Assembly: GCA_002104945.1 (NCBI GenBank)
Contig: MCFH01000001.1
Location: forward strand, 1,550,001-1,614,000
Direction of reading: 5' to 3'
Length of the DNA stretch: 64,000 bases
From: Piromyces finnis finn
Lineage: Eukaryota > Fungi > Neocallimastigomycota
Positions 60,061 to 64,000 of this stretch are shown here, in pieces; positions within the stretch are counted from its first letter, which is position 1, and each line of letters begins with the position of its first letter. Under the pieces are notes generated by a model. The model was not told the origin of the DNA, made no database searches, and saw nothing but the letters and a program-made list of their open reading frames with translations. Position numbers and translations under genes: made by a program.

Positions 60061-63000
60061 TTTCCAATTTATTCAATATTTAGTTTGTTATGTATACGTA
60101 TTTATTATTTATAACTAATGATAAATATCAATTTATTAAAGCGATATTTAATAATATTATATAATTATATATCAGGGATTTTTTTTATATAAAATAGTAT
60201 ATTTTTAGAGTTAAGTATGATTACTCAATTTGTTATATTTTAGATTTTTATATGTCTTCAGAGCTTATTCTTGTTAAATAATAATTTATAAGTATAAAAT
60301 AGATTATAACTATTAATATTTCTTAATAATACTCTTATTATTATGAACGCAATATTCAATATATATGTAGTTTCAATTTATGCGTTTCTTTAAATTAAAA
60401 CATCTAATATCTTCTTGAATATAATCCAATATATGATTACTTTATTATTCTTTCTTAATTTTATGATATATTTATAATACTGTAAAATTAATAATAATTT
60501 TCATACATATAATGGACCTCTGTTTCATATAAAAATTCTATTTTAAAAAATAAAATAAAAAAAACATAAGTATAAATAAAAAAAGGTTTTAGTATATGAA
60601 AAATTAAAGGTTTATTTTTAAATAAAAAATTAAGATAAAATTTTTGGTTAACTATGTTGACTCCATAATACATATTAATTTTTTTAAAAAATGATAAAAA
60701 TAAATAAACCTTAAATATTATTATTCTTATATATTTATATTCAAAATATTTAAGATTGAATATTATAATTCTATTTATATGAAAAATTAACTTAATGATG
60801 CATATAAATATGTAATAAATATTGTAATAAATTTCTCAATTTTAACAAAAAGAAAATATTATATTTATATTTACCTTTTTATATTTTATCTATATTTGAT
60901 ATATAAAATTAAAATTTTGTTTAAACAATTTATTTTGTCGACTTATGATATATAAAAAAAATGGTTTATTAATTAATTAATATTTGATTTTTTTTAAATT
61001 ACTTTTTTTATACATTCAATGTATATCAAATTTTAAATTTAATGTATATAATTAATTTTTGAATATTAGTTTTATTTTTTAATTAGGTTTGAAAATCGTA
61101 TTATAAATATTATATATAAATGTTTATATTATTTAATTTATATTTTGATTTATATTTATGAATTTATTATTAAATTGGTAAAGCTTTTAACATTGTTTTT
61201 AATCTACATGTAAATAATAATTTAATTATCTATTATAAAAAAGCGTATATATTTTATATTCATTCTTTTTTATTACTGATTAAATTATAATATTTCTAAG
61301 TAGTCTATTTAATCAAAGAAATAGAATTTTTATATTTCATATAAATCATTAAACAATTTATTATTCTTTAATCAATTTTTTTTTTTTTACTTTTTAGATA
61401 TTTTTCTTTTTATTTTTTTGTATATTGTTTTTGTATTTCTTTTTAATTTTTTATGTATTTATATTAATATATAAAAATTTATAATCTTATATTTTCTTAA
61501 ATTATTCAATTATAACTATTTTATATATTATAAAAAATAAAGTAAAAAAAAAAATAAAGTAGTTTTGGCAAAATTATTTATTATATATATTTTCATATAT
61601 TATTTTATATAACATGAATAAAATAATATTAAAAGCAAAAAAAAAGTAAAATTTATAATAAAATTTATAAATTTATTATTATATAAATAAATTAATATGT
61701 TCCTTAATTCTATTATATATTATCCATAAATTAAATAAGAAAATATTAAATAAAATTATATATTGTATTATTAAAACTTTTATAATTGCTTATAATTATA
61801 ATATATATTAATAGTCATTAATATATTAATATAGTGTATCATAAATAATTATACTCTATTTTATTACATTATATTCTAAATTGTATTTTATAATTTATTT
61901 TAATATATTAAGAGTTAAGTTCTATTTAAATATGATTCATTTTTATATGTTGTATTATATATTATAAGATATTTGTTTTGCTAATAAAAAAATCTTATGA
62001 ATTTTTATTTTTTCAGTATTTTTCTCTAAAATCTTAAAGTAGGAATTAAAGTATAATACTTATATAACAAAATTATAATAAACTAGTATATGCATTTACT
62101 AATAATCGTATATATTTATTATTCTATTATATTTGATGTTAATAAAATATATTGTTAAAATATTTTGAAGAAGAAGTAGTGTTTTTTTCTCTATTATTAT
62201 TCAATATTAGTATTAATGTGCATTGATATCATTTCGTTTTAAAAATTAATTTTTTTTATTAACTGCATATATATTAAAACAGGTTAATTAATAAATTTTA
62301 TTTATAATTTTATTCGACATAATTTTATCCTTAAAATTTTATCAAAAAATTTTTGAAACTATTGCCGTAGCTACATAACAAATAAAATGTTACTATGAAA
62401 ATTTATATTAAACGACTGGTGACTACTTCCCCTATAACGGTTAAAAATAGATTTTACTATATTTTATTTTCCTCTTTTAAAAAAAACATTCTATAAAATT
62501 TATATAAAACCAATAATCTTTTATAACTACTATCCAAATATATCTATCCATATTTATTATTGATTGATAAATTTAACCATCCTTTTTTTTTTTGAATGTA
62601 TATATATAAAGCCATACTAAAATGATTTAATATTTCATTATTTTAAAATATGAAATAATTACCTTTTTTAGATTAATCTTTTCTTTAATTTGTTTGCTAA
62701 AAATATATAAATTATATAGATATTTTATGAAAATATTTATGAAAATATAATTTATTACTATATATCATAATACAGTATTAATGATTATTTAAAATATGTA
62801 TTTATTTTATGGTAAATTATTAATTATATATTATTAAAAGTTACTGTTGGTTTTTCTTATTTTTTTTATTAATGACTAATTAGATAAAAATTAATATATA
62901 CCGAAATCTAAATTATTTATTTGTTGGTCTTTTGATTATTATTGAAGAAATATTTTTAAAAATGAATGATTTCTATAACAGCTAAATATTAATAAACCAA

Positions 63001-63817
63001 TATAATATAAATTTAAAATTAAAAAGTTGATAAATGGGAAGGAAATGATTTATATTATCAATTGGTAATGCCTCTATACACTAATATAAAAGAGGGAAAA
63101 TGTTTCGTATTGATTTCATGAAAATTGATAAATAATTAGTAATGAAACATTTTACTTTAAAAATTATTACAAACTTATTTTACAAAAATTAATATTATAT
63201 AATTAATATTATGAAATTAGTATAAATATTTTCTTTATCTTTGAGTTTTTTATTAATATATTAATAAAACTACAAATAATAATAATTTTTGTACTTTTTT
63301 ATATCACTATTATTACTATATTATTATATACTTCAATTTCCAATTTTGATTATTCTAATAATATTCTAATATTGAAAAATGGTTGAACAAACAAAAAAAA
63401 AATTAACAAACCAAAATCACAAATCTTTGTAATTCTAACTTTAATCATTGTATTTATTAAAATATATTAAATTGTATTTTAAAATAAATACAAATGTAAT
63501 AAATGTAATAAATATAAATATTCTATCCTATAGATTTTTTTTTTCTAAACAATTTGTATTACCAATTTTTAAAAATTAAACCAATATATTATAACTAAAA
63601 ATATATTCCCTAACAATGAAATATGTATATTTTTTATATATTAATCATATATTTTAATTTTAAAAATATTATACAAAAAAGGAAATAAAATAAAGTTTTG
63701 CAAACAATTTCCTAAAGCTTTTCCAAAAGTTGAGTAGAGTATAAAGTGAGACAAAAATAATGTATATGTATAGTTTTGATGTAATAATAAATATTTAATT
63801 ATAAAATAAAACATTTT

Positions 63818-64000
63818 ATTATTACTATTACTATTACTATTACCGATTACTATTACTATTACTATTACTATTACTATTACTATTACCGATTACTATTACT
63901 ATTACTATTACTATTACTATTTACTATTACTATTACTATTACTATTACTATTTATTACTATTACTATTACTATTACTATTACTATTACTATTACTATTAC
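63818..64000. repeat. (TATTAC)n hexanucleotide array running off the window end
   Basis: About 30 units, with two CGATTAC variants and one TATTTAC variant. Confidence 0.95.

Noticed and set aside
60100-63800. Scattered slightly GC-richer patches (about 62360-62450 and 63030-63120) in the terminal gene-free region
   Set aside because: No ORF, repeat match or RNA motif could be supported.
63818-64000. Telomere or Ser/Asn-coding interpretation of (TATTAC)n
   Set aside because: The C-containing strand points toward the right end, the wrong polarity for a G-rich 3' overhang. 7-nt variant units break any reading frame, and the window end need not be a contig end.

Overview
Extremely AT-rich, intron-containing eukaryotic DNA. 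The gene content, AT level and LSU rRNA relic point to a fungus, most likely an anaerobic gut fungus (Neocallimastigomycota); this is inference. Eight host genes are supported: an ankyrin plus Ser-rich protein, a Vtc4-type SPX-VTC protein lacking its transmembrane domain, acetylornithine aminotransferase, an SRF/Mcm1 MADS-box factor, a Ucp12/DHX57-like DExH helicase, a repeat-rich disordered protein, a ribosomal-L1-domain protein, and an intronless DUF2236/Lcp-like oxygenase-fold protein. Three clusters of non-LTR retrotransposons from two families lie at about 1-3.9 kb, 15.7-22.8 kb and 28.7-30.0 kb, and a decayed 28S rRNA fragment lies at about 28 kb. The most notable feature is an intact 5.67 kb single-ORF LINE (16703-22376, minus strand). 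Its ORF reads putative RRM, APE endonuclease, RT and CCHC knuckle. It has inserted into an older copy of itself with a 6-8 nt target deletion, which fixes its 5' end. Its about 890-nt leader starts with two 123/124-bp monomers that fold on the sense strand and contains canonical spliceosomal intron signals. All alignments and folds were done by eye; no database searches were run.
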